Positions 30,807 to 40,098 of a stretch of DNA of 64,000 bases are shown one piece after another. Source of the DNA: Minisyncoccota bacterium. GTDB taxonomy: Bacteria; Patescibacteriota; Minisyncoccia; Phycocordibacterales; UBA6065. Position 1 is the first letter of the stretch. Every line of letters begins with the position of its first letter. The notes beneath the pieces were generated by a model, which was given only the letters and a program-made list of their open reading frames with translations, ran no database searches and was not told the origin of the DNA. A program made the position numbers and the translations under genes. The DNA lies in NCBI GenBank assembly GCA_035714745.1, contig DASTLR010000007.1:70205-134204 (forward strand), written 5' to 3'.

Positions 30807-30812
30807 GTATAA
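30807..30812 (+). promoter_or_regulatory. -10 box TATAAT 12 nt upstream of the recG ATG (near-leaderless)
   Basis: TATAAT at 30807-30812. No good -35. Confidence 0.35.
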
Positions 30813-30824
30813 TTGCCCTACGCC

Positions 30825-33002
30825 ATGCACCCCCACCACCCTCTCGAAAGCCATTTCCGATTGCTCGGCCCTGTACGGGGGGCTTTGCGCAAGCTGGGCA
30901 TCGCCACGGTGGAGGACCTGCTCTATCACTTCCCCGCCCGCTACGGCGATACGGCCGAGGCGCGGAACATCGCCGGCCTGCGCCAGGGCGACGAAGCCGT
31001 GGTCTATGGCCGGATCTCGCGCCTGAGGACTTCCAAAGGCTTTCGGACCAAGATGGCTATGGCCGACGGCGTGGTCGAGGACGAGTCGGGCAGTATAAAG
31101 TGCGTCTGGTTCAACCAGCCCTACCTGGCAAAGATGATCCCCGAGGGCGCCCTGGTCCGGGTCGAGGGCAAGGTCTCGCAGAAGAGGTCGCGCTCGGGCG
31201 CCGCGGGCGGCCCGGCGGGCGAGCTCTATCTCTCCAACCCAAAGGTCGAGACCGTCGACAAGCTGCCGACCGCCGTGGGCGACTCGCTCTTTGGCGCCGA
31301 CGGTCCCGCCCACACCCTCTATCCCGTCTATCCCGAATCCCGGGGCGTCTCGTCAAACTGGATCTATCACGCCATCCAAAAGGCATTCAAGAGCGGCATC
31401 CTGGACGCCATCCAGGACCCCCTGCCCGCCGACATCCTGGAGCGATACCGCCTGCCGAGCCTCGCCACGGCCCTGGTCTGGATCCATGCGCCGCGCGATG
31501 CCGGCGACGCCGCGGCCGCCCGCAAGCGCTTCGCCTTCGAAGAGATCTTCTTCATCCAGCTAGACCGGCAAAAGGAGAAAAGGGAATGGAAGAAGAACCC
31601 GGCCTTCGTCATCGAGCCGAAGCCCGGCCACATCGAGACCTTCGTCGAGCGCTTCGGCTTCCCCTTTACCGAGGCGCAGTCGCGGGCCGTGGCCGAGATC
31701 CTCTCTGACTTCAAAAAAGGCCACGCCATGTCGCGCCTTTTGGAGGGTGACGTGGGCTCGGGCAAGACGGCTGTAGCCGCCACCACTGCCTATGCCGCGG
31801 TCATGGCCAAGCTCCAGGTCGCCTATATGGCCCCGACCGAGATCCTGGCCGCCCAGCATTTCGAGTCCTTCATCCAGTACTTCCGCCACGCCGGCATCCA
31901 GGTCGGCCTCATCACCGGCTCGGGCTGTCGCAAGTTCCCTTCGAAAATCCCCCGCCCCGACGGCTCGGCCGGCTGGACGGACATCTCGCGCGCCCAGCTC
32001 CTGAAATGGGTGGCGAACGGCGAGATACCCATCCTCATCGGCACCCACGCCCTCATCCAGAAATCCGTCAGATTCAAGAACCTGGCCTACGCCATTGTCG
32101 ACGAGCAGCACCGCTTCGGCACCGCCCAGCGCCGGAAGCTGGTCCGCAAGGACGGCATCCACCCCCACCTGCTCTCGATGACCGCCACGCCCATCCCCCG
32201 CACCCTGGCCCTGACCATGTTCGGAGACCTGGACCTCACTCTCCTCGACGAGATGCCGGCAGGAAGGAAAACGGTGATCACGGAGGTCGTCACAGAAGGC
32301 ACCCGAGAGGAGATGTACGAGAAGGTGCGCCGCGAGCTGCGGGCCGGCCGCCAAGCCTACGTCATCTGCCCGCGCATCGACGAGCCCGACCCGACGAAGG
32401 AGATGGCCGTCATGGCCAAGTCGGTCACGGAAGAGGCCAAGCGCCTCCAGGAGCGAGTCTTTCCCGAATACCGCGTGGCCGTCCTCCACGGCAAGATGAA
32501 GGACGCCGAAAAGGAGCGCGTCATGAAGGATTTCAAGGACGGCAAGGTGCAGGTCCTGGTCGCCACTTCGGTGGTCGAGGTCGGCGTGAACGTGCCGAAC
32601 GCCACCGTCATCCTGATCGAGGGCGCCGAGAGGTTCGGCCTCTCCCAGCTCCACCAGCTGCGCGGCCGCGTCATCCGCTCGACCCATCAGGCGTACTGCT
32701 ATCTCTACGCCGAGAGCCGCGGCGACAAGACCGTCGAGCGCCTGCGGGCCCTGACCACGGCGAAAAACGGCTTCGAGCTGGCCGAGTTCGACCTGCAGTT
32801 CCGCGGAGCCGGACAGCTGTACGGCGGCCGGCAGTGGGGCGTCTCGGACGTGGCCATGGAGGCGCTGCAAAATATCAAAATGGTCGAGGCTGCCCGTGCC
32901 GAGGCCCAGAGGCTCGTGGACGAGGACGACTCGTTCGCCCGTTTCCCTCTTTTAAAGGCCGAGCTCGACAGGAGGCAGAAGCAGAGGATACATTTCGAGT
33001 AA
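30825..33002 (+). CDS. recG: ATP-dependent DNA helicase RecG
   Basis: Wedge domain. Helicase motif I DVGSGKT, DEQH box (IVDEQHRFG). C-terminal RecG domains. Start at the ATG at 30825 rather than the tool's TTG at 30813. Confidence 0.9.
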   Translation: MHPHHPLESHFRLLGPVRGALRKLGIATVEDLLYHFPARYGDTAEARNIAGLRQGDEAVVYGRISRLRTSKGFRTKMAMADGVVEDESGSIKCVWFNQPYLAKMIPEGALVRVEGKVSQKRSRSGAAGGPAGELYLSNPKVETVDKLPTAVGDSLFGADGPAHTLYPVYPESRGVSSNWIYHAIQKAFKSGILDAIQDPLPADILERYRLPSLATALVWIHAPRDAGDAAAARKRFAFEEIFFIQLDRQKEKREWKKNPAFVIEPKPGHIETFVERFGFPFTEAQSRAVAEILSDFKKGHAMSRLLEGDVGSGKTAVAATTAYAAVMAKLQVAYMAPTEILAAQHFESFIQYFRHAGIQVGLITGSGCRKFPSKIPRPDGSAGWTDISRAQLLKWVANGEIPILIGTHALIQKSVRFKNLAYAIVDEQHRFGTAQRRKLVRKDGIHPHLLSMTATPIPRTLALTMFGDLDLTLLDEMPAGRKTVITEVVTEGTREEMYEKVRRELRAGRQAYVICPRIDEPDPTKEMAVMAKSVTEEAKRLQERVFPEYRVAVLHGKMKDAEKERVMKDFKDGKVQVLVATSVVEVGVNVPNATVILIEGAERFGLSQLHQLRGRVIRSTHQAYCYLYAESRGDKTVERLRALTTAKNGFELAEFDLQFRGAGQLYGGRQWGVSDVAMEALQNIKMVEAARAEAQRLVDEDDSFARFPLLKAELDRRQKQRIHFE

Positions 33003-33007
33003 AAAAC

Positions 33008-33610
33008 ATGGACAAGAAACGACAGACGATCGAAACATACGATTCCGCGGCCGAAAGGATGGCCGAGAAATTCAACGGGGTCGGAGCCCGTACGAGCGAT
33101 ATAGAAGAGACGTTCAGACTCCTAAGCAAAGAGAACCCCGCCACGCTCGAGATCGGCTGCGGCAACGGCAGAGACGCCGCTGAGATCCTCAAACATACAA
33201 ACGACTATCTCGGGATCGACATCGCCGAAAGATTCATTGAGCTTGCGAAGCGAACGGCTCCAAAAGGCCGCTTCGAGGTCGCGGATATAGAGAGCTTCGC
33301 CTTTCCCCAGGGTCTCGACGCAATCTTTGCATTTGCCTCGCTCATCCATGTGCCAAAAGAGAGCCTGGCGAAAGTCATCGAAAGTGCCCGCGCGGCTTTA
33401 AATCCCGGCGGCGTCATCCGCATCTCGATGAAATTCAGCGAAGTATACAAAGAAGTCATCAAAGAAGACGAATTCGGCGTCAGAACCTATTACCTCTACT
33501 CTCAAGAAGACATGCGCCAGATGCTCAAGAGCTTCAATCTGGTCAAAGATATCAAGAACGAGCTGCGCGGACAGACTTGGATAGAGATCCTCGCCAGGAA
33601 ATCGCAATAG
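33008..33610 (+). CDS. Class I SAM-dependent methyltransferase (Methyltransf_11/12-like)
   Basis: SAM-binding motif I LEIGCGNGRD. Acidic loop LGIDIAE. About 200 aa. GC lower than the genome average. Confidence 0.65.
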   Translation: MDKKRQTIETYDSAAERMAEKFNGVGARTSDIEETFRLLSKENPATLEIGCGNGRDAAEILKHTNDYLGIDIAERFIELAKRTAPKGRFEVADIESFAFPQGLDAIFAFASLIHVPKESLAKVIESARAALNPGGVIRISMKFSEVYKEVIKEDEFGVRTYYLYSQEDMRQMLKSFNLVKDIKNELRGQTWIEILARKSQ

Positions 33611-33727
33611 CTAAAGCAAAAAACCGCCCTCTTGAGCGGCTTACCGCTTGCCGTCTGCTTGCGGCGATCTGAGACCCGGTAACCTTGCCTTATATCTCGC
33701 TCTGCCGGACCTTAACGTCAATCTTGC

Positions 33728-33755
33728 TTGACTTCACATATCTATCGTATATACT
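33728..33755 (+). promoter_or_regulatory. Promoter TTGACT-N16-TATACT for the toxin-antitoxin operon; the TSS is predicted at or just before the ATG at 33764
   Basis: TTGACT at 33728-33733 and TATACT at 33750-33755. The ATG lies 9 nt downstream. Confidence 0.5.
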
Positions 33756-33763
33756 TCGGTTAT

Positions 33764-34054
33764 ATGAAGACTATAATCAACATAAAAGCCGACAAAGAGG
33801 TGAAGGATCAGGCCGCTTCCGTCGCGGCCGACATGGGCCTGCCTCTCAGCACTGTCGTCAACGCCTTCCTCAAGCAATTCATCGCCGAGCGAAGGATCGA
33901 ATTCGTCGCTCCGTACAAGCCCTCGCCCATGCTAGCAAGGGTTCTTCGCGATGCCGGCAAGGATATACGGAAGGGCAAGAATCTCTCTCCCCTTCTCACT
34001 ACCCCTGACGCCATCGACGACCATCTCGCTTCGTTAAAAAAGCGCAATAAATAA
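33764..34054 (+). CDS. Type II antitoxin, RelB/DinJ family
   Basis: MKTIINIKADKEVKDQAASVAADMGLPLSTVVNAFLKQFIAE is a typical DinJ/RelB ribbon-helix-helix N-terminus. An 8-nt gap separates it from the toxin gene. Confidence 0.7.
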   Translation: MKTIINIKADKEVKDQAASVAADMGLPLSTVVNAFLKQFIAERRIEFVAPYKPSPMLARVLRDAGKDIRKGKNLSPLLTTPDAIDDHLASLKKRNK

Positions 34055-34061
34055 CCGCTGC

Positions 34062-34328
34062 ATGGAGATAAGCGGCATCATATTCCATAAAAGATTCGAA
34101 AAGACGTACGCGAAGCAGAGCCGAAGCGTACAAGACGCCTTTATCGAACGAAAGAACGTCTTTCTTCGATCGCCTGAGAGCCCAGCACTCCATAACCACC
34201 CGCTTAACGGCGAATGGTCAGGCTATCGGAGCATCAATGTCACGGGAGACGTGCGCGCCGTCTACATCCTGTCTGGAACAGTCGCCGTTTTTGTGGCGAT
34301 CGGCACGCACTCAAAGCTCTACCGATAG
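34062..34328 (+). CDS. Type II toxin, RelE/ParE superfamily (YafQ-like mRNA interferase)
   Basis: 88 aa. FHKRFEKTY...HPLNGEWSGYRSINVTGDVRAVY...IGTHSKLY matches the YafQ/RelE family pattern. Confidence 0.7.
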   Translation: MEISGIIFHKRFEKTYAKQSRSVQDAFIERKNVFLRSPESPALHNHPLNGEWSGYRSINVTGDVRAVYILSGTVAVFVAIGTHSKLYR

Positions 34329-34384
34329 AAAAGGTTACGTCTTCCACTTGACCGTGACCGCTTCTTAGGTAGGGTTAGAAGCAG

Positions 34385-34945
34385 ATGAACCTGACCATTA
34401 CCGACAGAGCTTCTCTTGAGCGAACGCTCAGGGAGCACGGCATTCCCCTGGAACGATGGGGCGTAGAAAAGGCCAAGTCCCCTGCGGACTTGTTGAAAGA
34501 GATCCTGAGCGGCGAAAGCACGCTCCAAGTATTGGATGGAAAGCTGGTCCGCAGCCTGCGGGTCGTATTCGTCGACGTATGCTTCAATAAGGAAGGCAAG
34601 CTGCTGGTCCTCAAGGAAGACCGCCAGATATTCGCCGACGGTCGGACGCGCAGCCGCGAGCTTGAAGGGAGCATCGGCGAGAAGCTCGTGGCGAGCGAAG
34701 ACGAAGCCCTGGGGGCGCGACGGGGCCTCCACGAAGAGCTGGGATTTCCCATCGACATCGAAGTCCGACCATACGGGATATCAAGGGAGACGATCGAATC
34801 GCCCTCCTTCCCCGGCCTGACGAGCGAGTATCTGAAATACCGCTTCTCGACGACGATCTCTGCCGATCTCTTCAAGGCCGAAGGATACGTCGAGGACGAC
34901 GGCCGCAAGGAGACGTATTTCGTCTGGACCGAAGCTCAGTCGTGA
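34385..34945 (+). CDS. Nudix-like hydrolase (degenerate Nudix box)
   Basis: GEKLVASEDEALGARRGLHEELGF fits Gx5-6Ex7R[E]UxEExGU with one substitution (RG instead of RE). Confidence 0.45.
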   Translation: MNLTITDRASLERTLREHGIPLERWGVEKAKSPADLLKEILSGESTLQVLDGKLVRSLRVVFVDVCFNKEGKLLVLKEDRQIFADGRTRSRELEGSIGEKLVASEDEALGARRGLHEELGFPIDIEVRPYGISRETIESPSFPGLTSEYLKYRFSTTISADLFKAEGYVEDDGRKETYFVWTEAQS

Positions 34946-34958
34946 CCTGAACGCGAAC

Positions 34959-34990
34959 AGGGCCCCATGGCCCTGTTTTTTACGTGTCCG
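34959..34990 (+). terminator. Intrinsic terminator AACAGGGCC-ccat-GGCCCTGTT followed by T7
   Basis: Perfect 9-bp stem followed by TTTTTTT. Confidence 0.8.
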
Positions 34991-35003
34991 TCTATTTCTT
35001 TCG

Positions 35004-38000
35004 CTACTTCTTAGGCCGCATCAATATCAGGTAGAAGGCCGGCACTACGTAGAGGGTCAGGAAGGACGAGAGCATGAGGCCGAAGATGACGGCCGAGCCC
35101 AGGGCGCGCCAGAACTCGTCCGACATGGTGACCGGCAAGATGCCGAAGATGGTGCAGATCGAGGTGATGAAGATGGCCTCCAGGCGCGACTTGCCGGCGT
35201 CGGCCACCGCGTCGTCAAAGGCGATGCCGCTCTCCACGTTCAGGCCGATCTTGTCCACCAGGATGATGGAGTTCTTTACCACGATGCCGAAGAGGGCCAG
35301 GATGCCGATCAGGCCCGGCAGGCCCAGCGAGACGTCAAAGACCGCCATGCCCAGGAAGACGCCGATGAGGGCGAGAGGGATCGGCACCAGGACGATCAGA
35401 GCCTTCCTAAAGGAATTGAACTGGATGACCAGGGTGGCCACGATGAGCATGATGGCGATGAGCATGGCCCGGACGATAGAGGCGAACGACTCGGCGTTCT
35501 GCTCGTTCTCGCCGCCAAAGGTCAGGGCATAGCCCTGCGGCAGGCGGTACGAGGCGGTCTTCTTTTGGAAGGCGGCCAGGATGGTCGGGCCGTTCGTCGT
35601 CGAGTCGGCGGCGGCGGTCAAAAGGACGGTCCTCTTTTGGTCGATGCGGGTGATGGCGTCGACGGCCGGCACGAGCTCTATCGTCGCCACGTCCTTGAGG
35701 AAGACCGGCTCCTTGCGGGCGTTGAGGATCTCCAGATTCTGGATCGCCGCCAGATTAGGGATAGTCTGAGGGTCGAAAGTGGCCCGCAAACTGATCTCCT
35801 TCTCGCCCTTGATGACCTTCATGATCTCCAAGCCCGAGATAGCGGTGCGCAGGGTCGCGCCCACCGAGACGGCAGAGAGCGAGTTCCTCTCGAGGGCCGC
35901 ATGGTCGAGCCTAAAGGTGTACTCCGGCACCGAGCCCTTGAGAGAGGTGTCGATATTCACTACGCCCGGTATCGTCGAGAGCTGGACGCGCAGGTCGTTG
36001 ACGATCTTTGCGATGACGGTCAGGTCTTCGCCCGCGATATGCGCCTCGAACGCCGCGCCGGCCGGAGGACCGCCCGTCTGCGACGAGACGCTGGCCTCGA
36101 TGCCGGGAAAGCGCGCCTCCGCCAGGTCCTTGCGCAGGACGTCTGCGAACTGGAACGACTTCATAGAGCGGAGCTTCTTGTCCCGCAGGGTGAGAGTGAT
36201 CGAAGCCACGTTCGACGAGCCCGTGCCGCCGCTGAATCCGCCTCCGCCCGGGCTCGAGCGGCCGATGACCGTCGAGTAGCTTGCCACGTCGGCATAGCCG
36301 AGCATCTTCTCCTCCACCGGACGGGCCAGCCTGTCAGTCTCGGCCAGAGTCGAGCCGACCGGCGCGCGCAGGTCGACGTAGACGTAGTCCTGGTCAGACT
36401 GCGGGAAGAACTCGTTCCTGATGACGCCGGTGCCGACCAGGACGATCGAGAGGACGAAGAGCGCCGCCACGCCGCCCAGGACGCGCCTGCGGCGCTTCTT
36501 CTCGAAGATGAAATGCTTGAGCGAGCGCTCGTAGATAGGCAGGAAGCGATGGAAATTGACGATGCCGTGGATGAGCCTGCCCGTCAGGTTCTCGTGCTCG
36601 CGCGATCCCTGGGCGGCGAGCTTGGCCTTGACCAGGGAGTCGTCCCGCCATTCCCTCTCGACGAGCGCGGCGTTCGCCGCCATCGCCTCGCGCCCGCCCT
36701 TTTCATACCACCAGATGAGCCAACCCTCGATGGCTAGGGCGATGACGCCCAGGACGACGAAGATCGCCCCGCCGTAGTAGAACATCAGGCCGGCAAAGAC
36801 GATGAGCAGCCCCTCGGTGAGGAAGAACAGCCTGCGGGTCATGCGGATGCGCTCGAGCACGGCTGCGAGCGGATGGTTGATCATCAGGGCGATGAGGAGC
36901 GAGGCCGCCAGGGTGATCGAGACGGTCACCGGGATCGATTTCAGGTACTCGCCGACGATTCCCGAGGCCATGAGGAGCGGCAGGAAGGCCCAGACCGTGG
37001 CCAGGGTCGTGGTGGTGAGCACCCATTTGAAGTCGCGCAGGACCAGGAGCACGGCTTCCTCGGGCGTGAATTTGCCCGTATTGAGGTACTGCTTGGTCGC
37101 CGAGACCACCACGATGGCGTCGTCGACGAGGAGGCCGAGCGAGAGTATCAGAGAGAAGAGCGAGAGGAAGTTCAGGGTATAGCCGAGCACATGGAGCGCA
37201 CCGAAGCTCACGAAGAACACCAGGGGGATGGCCAGGCCAGCCACAAAGGCCTCCTTCAAGCCGACGATGAGGAAGAGGATGACCGAGACCAAGAGCACGG
37301 TGATGAGGAAGTCGTGCGAGAGCTGGTCGAAGCTCGTCCTGACCTCCTTGGCCATATCAAGGGTGACCGTATAGGCCATGCCGGGCGCCGCCTGGGCGAT
37401 GGCCCGGTCGACGGCCCGGCGGGCGGCGTCGGCAGTGTCCAGGACCGACGCCCCCTGCCTCTTGATGACCGACAGGCTGACGGCGTTCTTTGGCGCGGCG
37501 CCGCCGATCGAGAGCCGTGAGTACGAGGTCTTCTTTACAGCCGTCTCCGTGACCTGGGCCACGTCGCGGACATAGACCGTTCCCCCATCGGCAGTATGGG
37601 ATATCGGCAGTGCCGCGATGTCGGCTGCTTCCGTCACCCGGCCGTCCGAGCGGATCGGAAAGATCAGCGTGCCGTTCTCGAAGTTGCCCGCCGGCATGGC
37701 GGCATTGGCAGAGGCGATGGCCCTGTTGGCGTCGTCGGCGCTGATACCGTAGAAGATCAGGCTGCCCGGGTCATAGGCGATCTGATACTCCTTCTCGTCG
37801 CCTCCGGATATGCCCACTTCGCGCACGCCGGGGATCTTTTCCAGCTCGTCCTGGACCGTCTCGGCGAATTCGCGCAGGGTAAAGCCGTCGTACGGCCCGG
37901 TCAGCGATATGGACCAGATCGGCGTATCGTCGAGGGAGATCTCCCTGACCGCCGGCTCCTTGGCCTCGGTCGAGAGATCGGGCTTGGCTTCGGCGACCTT

Positions 38001-38399
38001 GTCGCGCAGGCGGCGGATGGCGTCCTCCAGGTCTTCCTTGGCGTTGAACTCGACCTGGATGACCGAGAGCGAGTTATACGAGGTGGAGGTCAGCTTCTCC
38101 AGGCCCTTGAGGCCCGAGAGCTTCGCCTCGACCTTCTTGGTCACGAACTCCTCGACGTCCGAGGGCGAAGCGCCGGGATAGGCTATGGAGACGATGCCGA
38201 TAGGGATCTTTACCTCGGGGTTAGACTCGCGCGGCAGGCTAAAGAACGAATAGAGGCCCCAGACCGTGATGACGGCGATCAGCAGGATGACCACCCGGAA
38301 GTTGGTGACGAAGAAGTTCAGCCAGGTCGAACGGAGCTTGGGGTCGAACTCCAGGCGTTCCAGGTATCTGCTGTCGGAAGAATGTTCGGTGTTTTTCAT
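35004..38399 (-). CDS. RND-family efflux transporter permease (AcrB/HAE1-like)
   Basis: 1131 aa with 12 predicted TM helices and two large periplasmic loops. Co-oriented with the adaptor gene. Confidence 0.85.
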   Translation of the reverse strand: MKNTEHSSDSRYLERLEFDPKLRSTWLNFFVTNFRVVILLIAVITVWGLYSFFSLPRESNPEVKIPIGIVSIAYPGASPSDVEEFVTKKVEAKLSGLKGLEKLTSTSYNSLSVIQVEFNAKEDLEDAIRRLRDKVAEAKPDLSTEAKEPAVREISLDDTPIWSISLTGPYDGFTLREFAETVQDELEKIPGVREVGISGGDEKEYQIAYDPGSLIFYGISADDANRAIASANAAMPAGNFENGTLIFPIRSDGRVTEAADIAALPISHTADGGTVYVRDVAQVTETAVKKTSYSRLSIGGAAPKNAVSLSVIKRQGASVLDTADAARRAVDRAIAQAAPGMAYTVTLDMAKEVRTSFDQLSHDFLITVLLVSVILFLIVGLKEAFVAGLAIPLVFFVSFGALHVLGYTLNFLSLFSLILSLGLLVDDAIVVVSATKQYLNTGKFTPEEAVLLVLRDFKWVLTTTTLATVWAFLPLLMASGIVGEYLKSIPVTVSITLAASLLIALMINHPLAAVLERIRMTRRLFFLTEGLLIVFAGLMFYYGGAIFVVLGVIALAIEGWLIWWYEKGGREAMAANAALVEREWRDDSLVKAKLAAQGSREHENLTGRLIHGIVNFHRFLPIYERSLKHFIFEKKRRRRVLGGVAALFVLSIVLVGTGVIRNEFFPQSDQDYVYVDLRAPVGSTLAETDRLARPVEEKMLGYADVASYSTVIGRSSPGGGGFSGGTGSSNVASITLTLRDKKLRSMKSFQFADVLRKDLAEARFPGIEASVSSQTGGPPAGAAFEAHIAGEDLTVIAKIVNDLRVQLSTIPGVVNIDTSLKGSVPEYTFRLDHAALERNSLSAVSVGATLRTAISGLEIMKVIKGEKEISLRATFDPQTIPNLAAIQNLEILNARKEPVFLKDVATIELVPAVDAITRIDQKRTVLLTAAADSTTNGPTILAAFQKKTASYRLPQGYALTFGGENEQNAESFASIVRAMLIAIMLIVATLVIQFNSFRKALIVLVPIPLALIGVFLGMAVFDVSLGLPGLIGILALFGIVVKNSIILVDKIGLNVESGIAFDDAVADAGKSRLEAIFITSICTIFGILPVTMSDEFWRALGSAVIFGLMLSSFLTLYVVPAFYLILMRPKK

Positions 38400-38414
38400 C
38401 TTGATTGGCGTTGG

Positions 38415-39926
38415 CTAGCGTGCCGCGTCGACCGCCTGGCCGTCCTCAAGGCCATACACCGGGGTCGCTATGCGCAGGTCGTCCTCCAGGCCCGCCGTCA
38501 CCTCGACGAAATCGCCCTGGACCTTGCCCAGGGTGACCGAGCGCCTGACCGCCCTACCCTGGTCGTCGACGGTAAAGACATAGGCGTCGCCCGGCACGAT
38601 CTGGACATCTTGGATCGGCAGGAAGTAGGAGCCCGCGGCGGCCGAGCCCTTCGGCGACTTGATCGATATGGCGACGCTCTGCCCTACCACCAATCCGGAA
38701 GCGTCCGAGTCTGATACGGATATCGTGACTTCGGCCTTCTTGCTCGCGGCGCTGACCGCGGGCGAGACCGCGGCGACCGTGCCGGCGACCGTGCCCTGGA
38801 CGAGGGCCGGCGCTCCTTTGACGATGCGGGCCAGATCGTCGCCGCTGACATAGGCCTTTACCTGGAGGCCCTGTCCGCCGACGACGGTAGCCAGGAGGGT
38901 GCCGGGCGAGGCGAGCTCGCCGACGCGCAGCGGCATAGCCGCTATCTTGCCGGTGATAGGCGAAGCGATGACGGTCTTGGCCAGCTCGGCTTCAAGGCTC
39001 TTGACCCCGGCTTCGGCCGAAGCGATGCCGGCGTCCGCGGTAGTGCCGCGCGAGGTCAGGGCGTTGCGCAAGGCAGAATCAGCGGCGGTGACCGCCGAGG
39101 AAGAGCCCGAGATAGAGGACTTCGCCGCGCCGGCCGTCGACTTCCAGCCGTTCACCACGGCCGCGTCCGCAGACGACGTGTCCTTTGAGACGGAGTTCAG
39201 GGCGACCGTCACGTCGTCGAGGAGGGTCGAAGCCGCAGCCAGGGCGGATTTCGCCTGGGCCAGGGCGGCAAAGAGCTCGGCGTCGGTCGAGGCCGAAGAC
39301 AGGGCGTCTACCCGCTCCTTGAGCGTGGGGAAATAGTTCGACAGGTCGTCGCGCGAGGCGTGCAGGCGGTCGACGAGCTGGATGTCGCCGACGCGAGAGG
39401 CCAGCGACGAGACGCCGCCCGAGGAGTTGAAGAGGAACTGGTCGATCTGGCCGCGGATGGCCTGGTCCAGGGCGGCAAAGGCGTCGCGGGCTCTATCGGT
39501 CGCCGATGTGCGGGCCGAGCCCAGCGAGACGGCGGCCGTCTCGGACTGGCCCTGGGCCAAGAGCAGGGCGGCCCGCGCCTGGTCCAAGCGCGCGCGGATA
39601 TCGGCGTTCTTCAATTCCAGGATCGTCTGTCCCGCATAGACTGAATCCCCCACCGATGCGGCTATGTACGAGACGGGCGCCGAGACCTGGCTGCGCAGGT
39701 CTGCCTGAGCAACCGATTCCACCGTGCCGTTGGCGGCTATAGAGGAGCCATCCTGCCTAAAGGCCGCCACGTCTACAAGGGTCACCTGGCGCGCGGCTGC
39801 CTTGGCCGACTGCTCTCCCCCTTTGCGCGCCGCCACCCTGCCCGCCACGACCATGACGACGACGGCTATGACGGCGATCGCCGTAGCCAGGACCGAATGC
39901 CTTTTCAGATATGTGAAGATGTTCAT
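38415..39926 (-). CDS. Efflux periplasmic adaptor (HlyD/membrane fusion protein family), unusually long with an Ala-rich coiled coil
   Basis: N-terminal TM anchor, a long coiled-coil hairpin, and C-terminal beta-barrel/MP domains. Start at MNIFTYLK (39926) because the tool's upstream extension would overlap the tRNA. Confidence 0.75.
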   Translation of the reverse strand: MNIFTYLKRHSVLATAIAVIAVVVMVVAGRVAARKGGEQSAKAAARQVTLVDVAAFRQDGSSIAANGTVESVAQADLRSQVSAPVSYIAASVGDSVYAGQTILELKNADIRARLDQARAALLLAQGQSETAAVSLGSARTSATDRARDAFAALDQAIRGQIDQFLFNSSGGVSSLASRVGDIQLVDRLHASRDDLSNYFPTLKERVDALSSASTDAELFAALAQAKSALAAASTLLDDVTVALNSVSKDTSSADAAVVNGWKSTAGAAKSSISGSSSAVTAADSALRNALTSRGTTADAGIASAEAGVKSLEAELAKTVIASPITGKIAAMPLRVGELASPGTLLATVVGGQGLQVKAYVSGDDLARIVKGAPALVQGTVAGTVAAVSPAVSAASKKAEVTISVSDSDASGLVVGQSVAISIKSPKGSAAAGSYFLPIQDVQIVPGDAYVFTVDDQGRAVRRSVTLGKVQGDFVEVTAGLEDDLRIATPVYGLEDGQAVDAAR

Positions 39927-39946
39927 GTGTGTTATGTGTTGCCGAG

Positions 39947-40019
39947 TGCGCCTACTTGGACTCGAACCAAGGACCGGCCCGGTATAAGCGGGCTGCTCTA
40001 CCAACTGAGCTATAGGCGC
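39947..40019 (-). tRNA. tRNA-Ile with anticodon UAU (AUA-decoding)
   Basis: Reverse complement GCGCCTATAGCTCAGTTGGTAGAGCAGCCCGCTTATACCGGGCCGGTCCTTGGTTCGAGTCCAAGTAGGCGCA. Perfect cloverleaf. Anticodon loop CTTATAC (U33, U34-A35-U36, A37). A73 discriminator. Confidence 0.7.
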
Positions 40020-40098
40020 GATACGCCCATACTATGGCATAGGGGGCCGGTAAGCAATCTCTGCCGATACAGGCTATACTTACCCCGAAGGAGGTCAC

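Noticed and set aside
31560-32870. 436-aa minus-strand ORF antisense to recG, and the 32006..33610 plus-strand ORF fused to the methyltransferase frame
   Set aside because: Low-complexity antisense or out-of-frame translations. The real methyltransferase gene starts at the ATG at 33008.
33611-33660. Possible terminator (AAAAAACCGCCC..GCGG) after the methyltransferase gene
   Set aside because: The stem is only about 4 bp, and the T-run is on the wrong side for the + strand.
35565-38714. Two ~380-aa plus-strand ORFs antisense to the RND permease
   Set aside because: Asp/Arg/Gly-rich. Nested in a 1131-aa gene with clear transporter topology.
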